Shown here in pieces: positions 1 to 49,183 of a stretch of 64,000 bases of DNA (its first letter is position 1; each line of letters begins with the position of its first letter). This DNA comes from the human T2T-CHM13v2.0 reference genome, Homo sapiens. The position numbers and the translations under genes are program-made. The notes below the pieces were generated by a model. The model worked only from the letters and a program-made list of their open reading frames with translations. It searched no databases and was not told the origin of the DNA. The stretch lies in the NCBI RefSeq assembly GCF_009914755.1, contig NC_060941.1; one strand, written 5' to 3'.

Positions 1-334
1 AATGAAGAAGCTACATCTTGAATTATTTAGTTAAATACCCAAACTTCTAATCTTGTGTTAGGCAGTCTAGTCCATAGACATGAAGGAAGTTTGTTCTGCA
101 AAAGGACTGTTATCATCTTTGTTTCAAAGCTAAACTCTAAGTTAATGAACAAGAATAGCTTGGAGGTTAGAAGCAAGATGGAGTCAGTTAGGTCAGATCG
201 TTTTCACTGTCTCAGTTATAATTTTTTTATTATACTTTAAGTTTTAGGGTACATGTGCACAACGTGCAGGTTAGTTACATATGTATACATGTGCCATGTT
301 GGTGCTCAGTTATAATTTTGCAATGGCAGTTTCA
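1..334 (-). mobile_element. LTR8-family ERV1 LTR, 5' part (continues outside the window)
   Basis: Reverse strand begins TGAAACTGCCATTGCAAAATTATAACTGAG...GACTCCATCTTGCTTCTAACC; family from recalled consensus. Confidence 0.65.
226..304 (-). mobile_element. Severely 5'-truncated young L1PA 3' end
   Basis: TTATTATACTTTAAGTTTTAGGGTACATGTGCAC...; 15-bp TSD CTCAGTTATAATTTT at 211-225 and 305-319. Confidence 0.85.
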
Positions 335-4144
<3,810 letters not shown>

Positions 4145-4791
4145 TGTGGCAGGCGGATCTCACTAAAGCAGGCTTCTGTAACAACTGTTTCAGTATTGAC
4201 TGAGTGGTTAAGTTAAATATTAAAAGCCAGTGGCCCTTATACAAAGGCTGGGATGGAACAAAAGCCCACCAAGAGTTTTGCGTAGGCCTTTCCTGGGCCT
4301 TAAAGCATGACAAAATAATGAAGGAATTCTTAACAGGACCCATTTAGGATTAAACAAGTTTTATCATGAGTCTGAAGAAGCTTTCCAGGCCTCCACATAC
4401 AAGTTTATTGCAGGTCTGAAGGAACTCCCTAAACCTCCATGATTTAGCAGGAGACAAGATAAGGGTAACCACCCCAGCACCTGGACCCATTTAGATTAAG
4501 TAAATTTACTGATGCTCCGGAGGAAGATCCTCAGGACTCAGACCTTAATTATAGATTAAAAGTAGTGAATCACTTATGTCTTTAGATGAATGCACACTTA
4601 CACGTAGACATATAGCTTAAAAGGTATATAAGCTCTGGAAAATGTTGTAATTTGGAGTTGGTCTGGCAATAACTTCCAGGCCTTCCCCCTGTAACTGGTT
4701 ACAGAAATAAAAACTCTCTCCCCAATTCATCTGCATCTCATTATTGGGGCACAAGAAATAGCAGCCCAACCCTCAGTTTTGTCCAGGAACA
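4145..4791 (+). mobile_element. ERV1 3' LTR (MER4-group; MER49-like by recollection)
   Basis: TG...CA termini, TATA-like TATATAA and AATAAA inside; follows the internal sequence. Confidence 0.65.
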
Positions 4792-5209
4792 CTAGAATTA
4801 CCAGCGTGAGCCACAGTAGCTTGCCTGTAAATGCTCTTTATCAAGTTGAGGAAGGTCCCCTCAATTCCCATTTTCTGAATTTTTTAAATAATAAATTTAA
4901 AAACTGTGTGTTAAACTTGTGATGTTAAATTTTGTCAGGTATTTTTTCTGCACTGATTTATATGATTATATGATTTTTCTTCTTTTTCCTTTTAATGTGG
5001 TTGATCATTTTGATTGTTTTTCAAATAATGAACCATCTATGTTTCCTTACAATAAATTCTATTTGGTTATGGTGAATTAATTCTTTTTATGAAATGCTGA
5101 ATTCTATTTGCTAATATTTTATTAAGAATGTCTGCACCTACATCAAGTAGAGTTTTATGGATGGAAATTAAAAGAAAAGAAGTTTGGGGCTGAACATGGT
5201 GGCCCCTGC

Positions 5210-5908
5210 TGTAACTGCCCAACGGGTTCACCTTGCCCACTGCCTAGACAGAACCGGTTTATCAAGACAGGGGAATTGCAAAACAAAAAGAGTAACTCAT
5301 GCAGAGCTGGCTGCGCAGGAGTCAGGAGTTTTATTATTACTCAAATCAGTCTCCCTGTGCATTCAAGGACCAGAGTTTTTAAGGATAATTTGGTTGGTGG
5401 AGTGCCAGTGAGTCGGGAGCACTGATTGGTCAGGTTGAAGATGAACTCATAGGGAATCTAAGCTGTCCTCTTGTGCTGAGTCAATTCCTGGGTCGGGGCC
5501 ACCAGAACAGATGAGCCAGTTTATCGACCTGGGTGATGCCAGCTGATCCATCCAGCGCAGGGTCTGCTGAATATCTCAAGCACTGATCTTAGGTTTAACT
5601 ATAGTGATGTTATCCCCAGGAGCAATTTGGGAAGGCTCAGAATCTTGCAGCCTCCAGCCGCATTACTCCTAAACCATAATTTCTAATCTTGTGGCTAATT
5701 TGTTAGTCCTGCAAAGGCAGTCTAGTCTCCAGGCAAGAAGGGGGTTTGTTTTGGGAAAGGGCTGTTAGTTAGCATTATTAACTAGTTCCCTCAACCATAA
5801 ACATCTTGTAACCAAGAGTGCCCAACCCCCTGGGAATATAACCCAGCAGATTTGGCTTTTTCTGGCCTTTATTCAAGATGGAGTCACTCTGGTTAGGTTG
5901 CCTGACAC
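5210..5908 (-). mobile_element. LTR8-like 3' part fused to a MER41-type LTR 5' part
   Basis: TGTAACTGCCCAACGGGTTCACCTTGCCC... to ~5768, then ...TTCAAGATGGAGTCACTCTGGTT...GACA. Confidence 0.55.
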
Positions 5909-5960
5909 AAGTGCACAGAGACTGATATGCTCAAAGGGAAGATGATGTGAAGACACATGA

Positions 5961-6472
<512 letters not shown>

Positions 6473-6563
6473 TAGCTGCCCCAAGAGGACAGGTTTACAT
6501 TGTAGAAATGCAATCCACTTCAAATTGAACCACAAGCATAACTTTTAAAAAATGTTCTGTAGC

Positions 6564-7266
6564 TGACAGCCTTTGCATAAACTGTGTCAGTGAGAACATT
6601 TTGTCAGTGGGAGAGATCTGATTTCACCAACCGGCATCTTGCCTTTGCCTTTAGCCTTCAAGCTACCTTTAATTATTCCTGGACTTCTGGGCCAAGCTAA
6701 CTTTGGGAGGCATTTAGGTTATAGGTTAAATGATAATGGCCCTTCCCCAAACTTTACGCTAAATGACCACCAGGCTAAGAAAATAGAGGAGGCTGAATTC
6801 TGCTAAGGATTGCCAGCCATTATTCCTGAGGTCACAAAATATGCAACTTCTCCAATTACTCCTGCAGACACCATCACTATTGTAGAACCTAAGATTAGCC
6901 TTTTGAGATATCTTTTCAGGTTTTTTTGCATGTCTGACACCTGGCTCCACCTGGACCTACCAACTGCTCCTGCGGCCCCACCTGGAAGCAAATCCGCGCA
7001 AGAAGACAGCTTCAACTCCCTGTGATTTCATCTCCAACCCAACCAATCAGCAGCAAGCATCCATTGCCTAGCCACCTCTGCTCCTACCCCTAAACTGTCT
7101 TTGAAACTACTCCTCAGAGACTGATTTGAGTAATTATAAAACTCCAGTCTTCCTTTCAGCCAGCTCTGCATGAATTAAACTGTTTCCCCATTGCAATTCC
7201 CCTGCCTTCATAAATTGGCTGGCTCTATCTGGGCAGCAGGCAAAAAGAACCCATTGGGGGATTACA
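6564..7266 (+). mobile_element. ERV1 solo LTR (LTR26/LTR8-like)
   Basis: TG...TACA termini flanked by 4-bp TSD TAGC (6560-6563, 7267-7270). Confidence 0.75.
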
Positions 7267-7987
7267 TAGCCACTCCTCATCGGAGAAATTTCTACTGGCT
7301 CTTCTTCCAGCCTCAACTCTCTTTGGCTAATCTTTCTCTATATGTAGCCTTCACTTCTTTTCATCTTTCTCTCTTCTTTCCTCTCCTAGGAGCAAAACAA
7401 AATTTCTCCTGGGCCGCACAGTTTGGCAATTATCTTTTGTTGCCTTGGCTGCAGCTACTATGCCATCAGCTCCCAACTCCTAACTTCAATGAACCAAGGA
7501 GGTATTTTTCTTAAACAAAGACCACTCCAACCCTGAAGATTGGAATTTCGCCACTGCCTGTAAGGATAACAAGCTTTAATCTGGTTTCTACATGTGGTTT
7601 TTGTTTATTTTGTTCCTGTGATTATAAACTGTAATGAAAAAAGAAAATGTTACTGTAATACTTGATATCATGTATTTATCCATGTATCCAACCTTCTTTC
7701 CATCCTATCCATCAATCCATCTTATATTCTGGATACTTTTTTTTTTTTTAAGAGACATGGTCTCACTATATTGTCCAGGCTGGTCTCAAACTTCTAGGCT
7801 CAATCAATCATCCCACCTTGGTCTCCCAAAGAGCTGGATTACAGGCATAGGTCACTGTGCCAGCATCTGGATACATTTCAAAGAAAATTGTATACATTGG
7901 TACACCTTCCCCTAAACACTTTAATATGAATATCATTAACTAGAGGTGACATTTTATTTATATTTTTTCCTTTTGAAGTCATATTAG

Positions 7988-8186
<199 letters not shown>

Positions 8187-9007
8187 TAGAAATGGGGTTT
8201 CACTATGTTGGCCAGGCTGGTCTCAAACCCCCGACCTCAAGTAATCTGCCCACCTCGGCCTCCCAAAGTGCTGGGATTACAGGTGTGAGCCACCTTGCGC
8301 CCTGGGCTGTAGTGTTATTTTTGTGGCAAAAAAATTGAAACCCTAAAATTCTGACTGCAGTGGAAGGGTAAGTGTATTTCAAGCCCTAGTGATACAGACC
8401 AACTTGGAAGCTTCAGACAGGAAAAGTTTGCTAGATAGTTATTTATTTTTAACTAAGCATGTACTTTTATGTATCTCCCATATGGCATGGAACACCTGCT
8501 CACTGCAGCCTGGAGCTCCTGGGCTCAAGTGATCCTCCCACCTCAGCCTTCTGAGTAGCTTGGACAGCAGGCGCGTGTCACCACATCAGTTAATTTTTGT
8601 TATTTTTTGTAGAGAGGGGGTCTCAATATGTTGCCCAGGCATTATGGATTTTATGCATTCGGGACCATCCCATGCTTAAAGCATGACAGAACCCGGCGGC
8701 ATATTTTTCTCTGCCGCAGCTTTCAGTGCAGGGGCACCTCACAGGCAGGGCGGGGTCAAGGCTCTGTCCAGACAATGGCTGCAGAGTAAAAAGCACTTCC
8801 ATTTATGGGGGTCAAGGGCGAGGGGAGGGAGAAAGGAGCAGGGAAAGAGGAGAAGTGGCCACATGTACTTTGATTTGTTTTTTGCTTTTTGTTACATGTA
8901 CTTTTGAAGCAGTATTTAGAAGTAGCCTCTCCTACAGCCCCTGCTGTAGCTTGTCTCCTAGCTGTGAGGTGAGTTATTCAGTACCCTCTAACGTAAAAAT
9001 GACCTTC

Positions 9008-9021
9008 AGACAGACAGACAG

Positions 9022-9050
<29 letters not shown>
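9008..9050. repeat. (GACA)n(CA)n microsatellite ~750 bp upstream of SCPEP1
   Basis: Seen directly. Confidence 0.9.
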
Positions 9051-9053
<3 letters not shown>

Positions 9054-9742
9054 GAAAACAGCTCTGTCATCCACTTTTTCTTCCTTTCCCGTCCCCAGAC
9101 CCTCGATTCTCTCTTTAAAATGACTGCTGTGAAGATAACGTAACACAGAGTAATACTAATGACAAATTATCAAAAAAGAAAAAAAAAATAAAAATCTTTA
9201 TTAGTGTTTTTTAAAATGACGTAAAAGACTATGGGAAAAAATGCCAACAATAGTTATGTATAACTTTTTTGTTCATATTTCCAAAACGTTTATAACATAC
9301 ATAACTTTAAAAGAAAAATAATTTAAAAAATACATATCTGAAAATGAAACCCCGCTGTTTGCCAACGACCAGCTGGCTTAATCTGACTTCGCAGATGTAG
9401 CAGTGTTGGAAAACGTCGGTTCTTTTGCTGAGGGAAGGAAGAGATGGGAGGGGTAGAAAGGGCGGTGGTTATTCCCTTTAGTATTTCGATCCGGTCACAC
9501 AACCTAAATCCAACATCTGCATCAAATGTCTCCTTTCCGAAATACTCTCCCTAAAATGACAGAGAACCTGGCCAGGCGGACAGAACGGCCCCTGCGCATT
9601 TGCAGGGGTCCTGGTGGGCTTGCCGGGCAGAGGGCGTGCGGGTCTCAGCAAGCTGCCGGGTCCGCCCAGGCCCCGCCCCATGCCCATTCAGGCCCCGCCC
9701 CCGACCCGCAGGCCCCGCCCCCGACCCGCCCCGTCCGCCTCC

Positions 9743-9752
9743 GTCACGTGAT
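9743..9752. promoter_or_regulatory. CLEAR-like E-box GTCACGTGAT (TFEB/TFE3/MITF/USF type)
   Basis: 9/10 match to GTCACGTGAC, ~50 nt upstream of the ATG of a lysosomal hydrolase. Confidence 0.75.
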
Positions 9753-9800
9753 GGGGCGCCGGGTCCAGCCTGTTGCTGATGCTGCCGTGCGGTACTTGTC

Positions 9801-37877
<28,077 letters not shown>

Positions 37878-38110
37878 GATGGATGGGGCTGGAGATGAGC
37901 TGGTTTGGCCTTGGGGCACAGAGCTGAGCTGAGGCCGCTGAAGCTGTAGGAAGCGCCATTCTTCCCTGTATCTAACTGGGGCTGTGATCAAGAAGGTTCT
38001 GACCAGCTTCTGCAGAGGATAAAATCATTGTCTCTGGAGGCAATTTGGAAATTATTTCTGCTTCTTAAAAAAACCTAAGATTTTTTAAAAAATTGATTTG
38101 TTTTGATCAA

Positions 38111-38116
38111 AATAAA
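38111..38116 (+). terminator. Proximal polyadenylation signal AATAAA
   Basis: Canonical hexamer ~235 nt after the stop, U-rich surroundings. Confidence 0.6.
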
Positions 38117-38382
38117 GGATGATAATAGATATTATTTTTTCTTATGACAGAAGCAAATGATGTGATTTATAGAAAAACTGGGAAATACAGGTACCCAAAG
38201 AGTAAATCAACATCTGTATACCCCCTTCCCAGGGGTAAGCACTGTTACCAATTTAGCATATGTCCTTGCAGAATTTTTTTTTCTATATATACATATATAT
38301 TTTTTACCAAAATGAATCATTACTCTATGTTGTTTTACTATTTGTTTGACATATCAGTATATCTGAAACACCTTTTCATGTC

Positions 38383-38388
38383 AATAAA
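38383..38388 (+). terminator. Distal polyadenylation signal AATAAA
   Basis: Canonical hexamer with downstream T/GT-rich sequence. Confidence 0.7.
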
Positions 38389-38689
38389 TGTTCTTCTCTA
38401 ACATTTTTAATGGCTGTGGAGCATTCTACTTTATGGTTGTACTCTAGTTTATTTACAAAATTCCCAGTTGTTTCCGACAAGTATAATAATTTCTAGTTTG
38501 TTGCTATTATACATAGTGCTCTGTTGATTCACCCTGATAGTTAGATTTTTTTGTACCTCCTTATTTTCTTAGAATAAATTCATAAAAGTGTAATTATTTA
38601 GTCAGAGGATTGCCACATTTCCTTAAAATCAAAATAATTAGCTCAGGACTTTTAACTTTTTATTCATAGCTCAAGATCTACATAAGGAG

Positions 38690-39672
<983 letters not shown>

Positions 39673-39999
39673 ACAAACCCAAAGCTTATTCCTGCAGACT
39701 GTGAGGAAACAGTTAACAGCAGGTTATGTCTACGTGACTAACCCCTTGAGACCCTGAGACTAAAAACAGGCTCCTGGGACAGAGACTACACATGTCCCTA
39801 TGGTTCACTGTTGGCAAGAACTCCAGTGTGCCCATGGAAAGCAAGAACCTTAGAAGCCTGTGCTGGATACCCCTGGACATCACCCATGTGTATCGTTTTT
39901 ACCTGCCGCTTTTGATATGCATCTTTTGTTACAAAAATGTTAGCTATTAGTATAACCTGCTACTGAGCCTTGTGAGTCTTGGTGAACCATCCAACAAAG

Positions 40000-43700
<3,701 letters not shown>

Positions 43701-43847
43701 TCCTTTTTTATTTTTGAGATAGAGTCACTCAGGCTTTAGGGCAGTGGTGCGATCACAGCCGCCTCGAACTTCTGGGCTCAAGCCATCCTCCTGCCTCGGC
43801 CTCCCAAGTAGCTGGGACTATCGGTGCGTGCTACCACTCCCAGCTAA

Positions 43848-44081
<234 letters not shown>

Positions 44082-45673
44082 TAGCCAGGATGGTCTCAAT
44101 CTCCTGACCTCGTGATCTGCCCGCCTCGGCTTCCCAAAGTGTTGGGATTACAGGCATGAGCCACCGTGCCTGGCCTAGGTCATGATCTTTTATAATGAAA
44201 TCTCAGAAGTGACATCTTATTACTTTTGCCTCTTCTTTAGAAGCAAGTCTTTAGGGAGGACTTAGAAACAAGAAAAGGGGAAGAAATCTTTTCTCTCCCA
44301 GCTCCTCAACCCTCAACACTGAATGTTCCATGTGCCTGGCTTTCTGGAAACCTCCTGCCCCTTCTACCTAGCTGCTTTCTGATTTCTCTTCAGCTCTCAG
44401 AATAAATATGAATCTCTCAAGAAGCCCTCTCTGATCCCCCAAGCTAAGGTAGAACCCTGTTTTGCTCACTCTCTAAGCACTCTACCTGTACTTTGTAATC
44501 CTCAGTCTTCTTAAGACAGAGTAGAAACAGGGCTCGGTTTCAGCTCACCTGCTCTAGAGCATTCTTTCATGCATCCCCACTGATCCCAAAACCCACACCA
44601 CTACCTCACTCCTCTTTTACTTAAAGAATTCCAGCATGGTTCTTAGGAGATAATGAAGGTTGTGGAGTGTCCCACCTAGGGAAGGGATGCTGCACAATTG
44701 ATTTGCAGCCTTGTTGCTGCAGGCCAGACCACCAAGTGGCCCATTACTCAAGATAGCCATCGCAACTAGATATGCTGCCTTGCATACCCCACCCCTCACC
44801 GGCTTTGCTCAGCCCAGCCTACATAACCTACCCTGCTGTCAATGCCCATGCTTTGCATAATAAAAAAAGCCCTACTGGCTTTCTATGCCTCGCTTACCTC
44901 AGGACATAAGCTCCAAGGAGGCCTTGTCTGGGAAAACTTTTTCAGGCTCAGGTCAATTTCTATTGCTTTGAGAGCCCAAGAACCCATGGTTGGTAACACG
45001 TTCTTTGAGGGCTCATCTGGGATCAGGCTACATGGGGAGATTTTTCTTCTGCTAGTGGGGAGACTTGAGGGCTGATGGGACTGCTGGACAATATCCCTTA
45101 GTGGCTGACAGCAGCTGCCTGAACTTTTGACTCAGTGTCACCACAATGGATCAGTCTCCAGCCCCTTGGAACACCTCGCCCAAACCTCAAGGCAACACTT
45201 TTCTCCCTTCCTTTTCTCTGTCTTTCCTATCCCTTTTCTATTTTTTTCTGTCATTTGGGGTGCTTCGCCCCTCCTCTTCTAATCCCTTCTGGTTTGGGTT
45301 GCCTTATTAGACATCCATGAGGGATGGGTTGACATGATTTTCCTGATTTACTGGTCTGGGTCACTTGAATAAACATCCACACAGGATGAATTAAAAGGGT
45401 TGACCATCCAGTTCTGGTTAACCCAGCAGGCAGTGGGATGAGTCACACCCATCCCCTGGCCTAAATTGATTTGAGTTTAAGTCCCAAGAATCTCTCTCTC
45501 TCTCTCTTTGGGAGTCTGTCCAAATGTGTAGTCCTGCTGGTTTGGGGAGACTGCCTGAGACAGGGTGCCAGAAACGCCCAGCTAGCTTTCAGGAAGGCAC
45601 CAGGGAGGCCTGGGTGTGACGGTCAGTATTGGTTTTCTAAACACTGAGGAAAGTTCAGAACACAAACCGTTAA

Positions 45674-46078
45674 TGTCAAGCCTCTGAGCCCAAGCTAAGC
45701 CATCATATCCCCTATGACCTGCACGTACACATCCAGATGGCCGGTTCCTGCCTTAACTGATGACATTCCACCACAAAAGAAATGAAAATGGCCTGTTACT
45801 GCCTTAACTGATGGCATTATCTTGTGAAATTCCTTCTCCTGGCTCATCCTGGCTCAAAAGCTCCCCTACTGAGCACCTTGTGACCCCCCACTCCTGCCTG
45901 CCAGAGAACAACCCCCCTTTTTCCTTTACCTACCCAAATCCTATGAAACGGCCCCACCCCTATCTCCCTTCGCTGACTCTCTTTTCGGACTCAGCCCGCC
46001 TGCACCCAGGTGAAATAAACAGCCATGTTGCTCACACAAAGCCTGTTTGGTGGTCTCTTCACACAGACGCGAGTGAAA
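45674..46078 (+). mobile_element. HERV-H solo LTR (LTR7 family; LTR7B/Y-like)
   Basis: TGTCAAGCCTCTGAGCCCAAGCTAAGCCATC...GTGGTCTCTTCACACAGACGCGAGTGAAA; 5-bp TSD GTTAA (45669-45673, 46079-46083). Confidence 0.9.
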
Positions 46079-46136
46079 GTTAACTTACTACAAAATTAAG
46101 AAATTTAAGAGGCTTTGGCCTGTGGTTCTAAGATAG

Positions 46137-46745
46137 TGTTATGGGATCTTTGGGGTGTCACTTTTCTGGCTGGAAACCTCTGTGCTGGTGGCCCCTTTGA
46201 CCGGGTTCTTGTCCTGAGTCCAGGAAGAATGAGGTACAGAGACAAGTGGAAGGTGAACAAGATAAAGAGGAGCTTTATTGAGTGTTACAACAGCTCAGAG
46301 GAGACCTGCAGTGGGTAGCTCCTCTGTAGGCAGGTCTTCTCGTCGGGTGTTCAGCTCTCAGCACAGAGGAGGCCCTCAAGAGGGAAGCTCCACTCTGCAA
46401 CTGGTCATCCTGAAGTCTGTGGCTCTCAGCAGAGAGGGTAGCTCCTCTCTGCAGCTGATCATCCTGTCATCTCCAGCTCTCAGAAGAGTGGGTAGCTGCT
46501 CTCTGCAGCTGGTCATCCCATCATCTCTCCATCCTCTGCCCTGCTCTGGCTGAGCCCCGGGCTTTTATGGATCTCAGAGGGGGAGGAAGTGTATGCCGAT
46601 TGGTACATGGGCCAACTCAGAAGAGGCACCACAAGTCCCCACTCCTGGGGGCTCAGGAAGGCCCCCCTGCCCTTTTAGGCTCAGAAGTGCCTGCCCTTCT
46701 GCCGGTCTTCTCCCTGCTGTTGGCTCCCGCTCCAATTCTGCCATG
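46137..46745 (-). mobile_element. MER52/LTR1-like LTR fragment
   Basis: TGTTATGGGATCTTTGGGGTGTCACTTTTCTGG terminus and internal repeats of GGTAGCTCCTCT...GCAGCTG.TCATCC. Confidence 0.5.
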
Positions 46746-46750
46746 ATGCC

Positions 46751-47193
46751 TGTTAGAGACAAACTGCTCCAAAAAGCTTCTTGGTGCTGCCCGCCCCTCC
46801 CCACTCTGCAACTCCTCTCCATGCTGCCCCAAGCCTCTTTACATTTCTAAGCCCTTATCTAGGCACTGCAGTGAACCCGGCAGACTTTACCTATCAGGAC
46901 TTGCTGCTATAAAGCAAACCCCAATTACAAACCATCCAGACCCCACAGGGGGAGGTCATGGGAAGCATCAACAAACTTTACCTACATCCTCCGGTACCAT
47001 AAATGTCACAGGTGATATGTGGCAGAGTTAACCAACAAACGACCCTGGGGTCTCTCTCCCCCATATAAACCCCTCATTTTGTAAACTCAGGGCTGCCTCC
47101 TCTGTCTCTAACCGAGCAGCCAGCAGGTTCAATAAACTTACTTGCCTGAACTTGGGTCTCTCTCTCTCGTCCTTTCTCTCAGCTGACCTTACA
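46751..47193 (+). mobile_element. Solo LTR, family not assigned
   Basis: TG...TACA termini, CATATAAA and AATAAA inside, 5-bp TSD ATGCC (46746-46750, 47194-47198). Confidence 0.8.
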
Positions 47194-47250
47194 ATGCCCG
47201 GCTAATTTTTGCATTTTTTGGTAGAGATGGGGTTTCACCATGTGGGCTAG

Positions 47251-47592
<342 letters not shown>

Positions 47593-48049
47593 TAGTGATC
47601 CGCCCACCTCAGCCTCCCAAAGTGCAGGGATTACAGGTGTGAGCCACCGCGCCTGGCCCAAAGCATAGCAATCTTAAAAGCATGTATCGTTATGAATATT
47701 GGGACATCTGGACTTTCCATCATTGTAAGAATGTGTCTTTTGCAGGTATCTTCAAGCTGTTTCCTGAACTGTAAACATCTCATGACTGTGAGTTGTGACA
47801 AGCATGGAATGCGCCTTGTTAGTCTCAAGATGAGCTGAACTCAAAATGGCATCACCCTGGCTCTGCTATGCTCCTATTTCCCTAACATAACCCCCAAAAT
47901 TATAACTGGACAGATCCCTCTCAAAATCTAAGGTTTTGCTCATTTTGCATTGCATTACCTGATCATCTTGACTCTTGGAGGCATCAAAAATTACCTTGCA
48001 TTATAAAAAAAATTTTAGCATTGATGTTTAATATCTAGGTAGGAAATAG

Positions 48050-48312
48050 TCTCTTTTGACTCCATGGCTCATATCCAGGTGATGCTGATGCAAGGGGTGG
48101 GCTCCTAAGGCCTTGGGTAGCTCCATCCCTGTGGCTCTGCAGGGTCCAGCCCCCACAGCTGCTTTCACGGTAGGCGTTGAGTGCCCTGGGCTTTTCCAGG
48201 CACATGGTGCAAGCTCTTGGTGGATCTACCATTCTAGGGTCTGGAGGATGGTGGTTCTCTTCTCACAGCTCCACTAGGCAGTGCTCCATTGAGGACTGAG
48301 TGTGGGGGCTCC
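48050..48312. mobile_element. MaLR (THE1/MST) internal fragment
   Basis: TTTGACTCCATG..CATATCCAGG...GCTGATGCAAGGGGTGGGCTCC...GGATCTACCATTCTAGGGTCTGGAGGATGGTGG. Confidence 0.6.
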
Positions 48313-48748
48313 AAGTTATCTTGGGACCTCCAAAGGAGAATTCACCCATTTCATATAGGCATTTGCAGGCAGAGATAAATCCATGGCTGGGCTCCAGGCT
48401 TTAAACAATCTAATCTGAGATTCTTACGGAACGAAGTTCTAGCAAAGCCAATTTAAAAAGAGAATAATTATCTTGCTGCACTTTATGCAAATAATCAGGC
48501 CAAGTATAATATGACTAAAACTTATTTTGCAAACACATTGGTCCTACCATGACTTGTCTTTGATTAAAAATGAAAGACTGGAGAAAAAATATTATAATAC
48601 ACCTGCTATTAGGTTCTAGTCTTGTCTGTTATTTTTGAGTTTTTTAAATATGATTTTTACAACATGGACTGAATCTTAAACCTTTTCTGGGCTGCAAGTC
48701 TCCCAACTAATGTTTGGAAATTTTTCTTCCATTTTTCTAACTTAAACT

Positions 48749-49183
48749 TGTGAAAAGAAAATAAAAACTTGGGACCCCAATTTACTATACCAAAGGGACA
48801 AAGTTAAGCTGAAACTGAGTCATGCAAGAAACTGCCTTTCCTTTTGTTTCTAAGCAGACAGCTACAGATAAAAGGTTAAGTATCTCCACAGGTCACTACT
48901 CTATGTTCACCTTATCTTATGCAAAGTTCTGTCTTACTGAGGGCAAGACAAATACATAATTTACTATTCCCCTACCTGCTCCTTTTCTCTTGCAACATGT
49001 GATTCAGTAACGTGACCATACCCTCCCTCTTCCCTTCCAGTCCACTTTTCTCCTTTACATATCGAAGCCCTCAAAATCATCTTTGGAGAAAGACACAGAC
49101 CTCTCTTCTGGGTATATCCTTAACCTTGGCAAAATAAACTTCTAAATTGATTGAGACCTGTCTCAGATACTTTTTGGTTTACA
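48749..49183 (+). mobile_element. MER4-family solo LTR
   Basis: TGTGAAAAGAAAATAAAAACTTGGGACCCC...TTTGGTTTACA; 4-bp TSD AACT. Confidence 0.8.

Larger units (their letters stand above)
37878..38410 (+). other. SCPEP1: SCPEP1 3' UTR (end approximate)
   Basis: Follows the stop; AATAAA at 38111-38116 and 38383-38388, the second followed by T/GT-rich sequence. Confidence 0.75.

Noticed and set aside
46280-46520. Imperfect repeats GGTAGCTCCTCT...GCAGCTGGTCATCC
   Set aside because: Most likely intrinsic internal repeats of the MER52/LTR1-like LTR, not a new array
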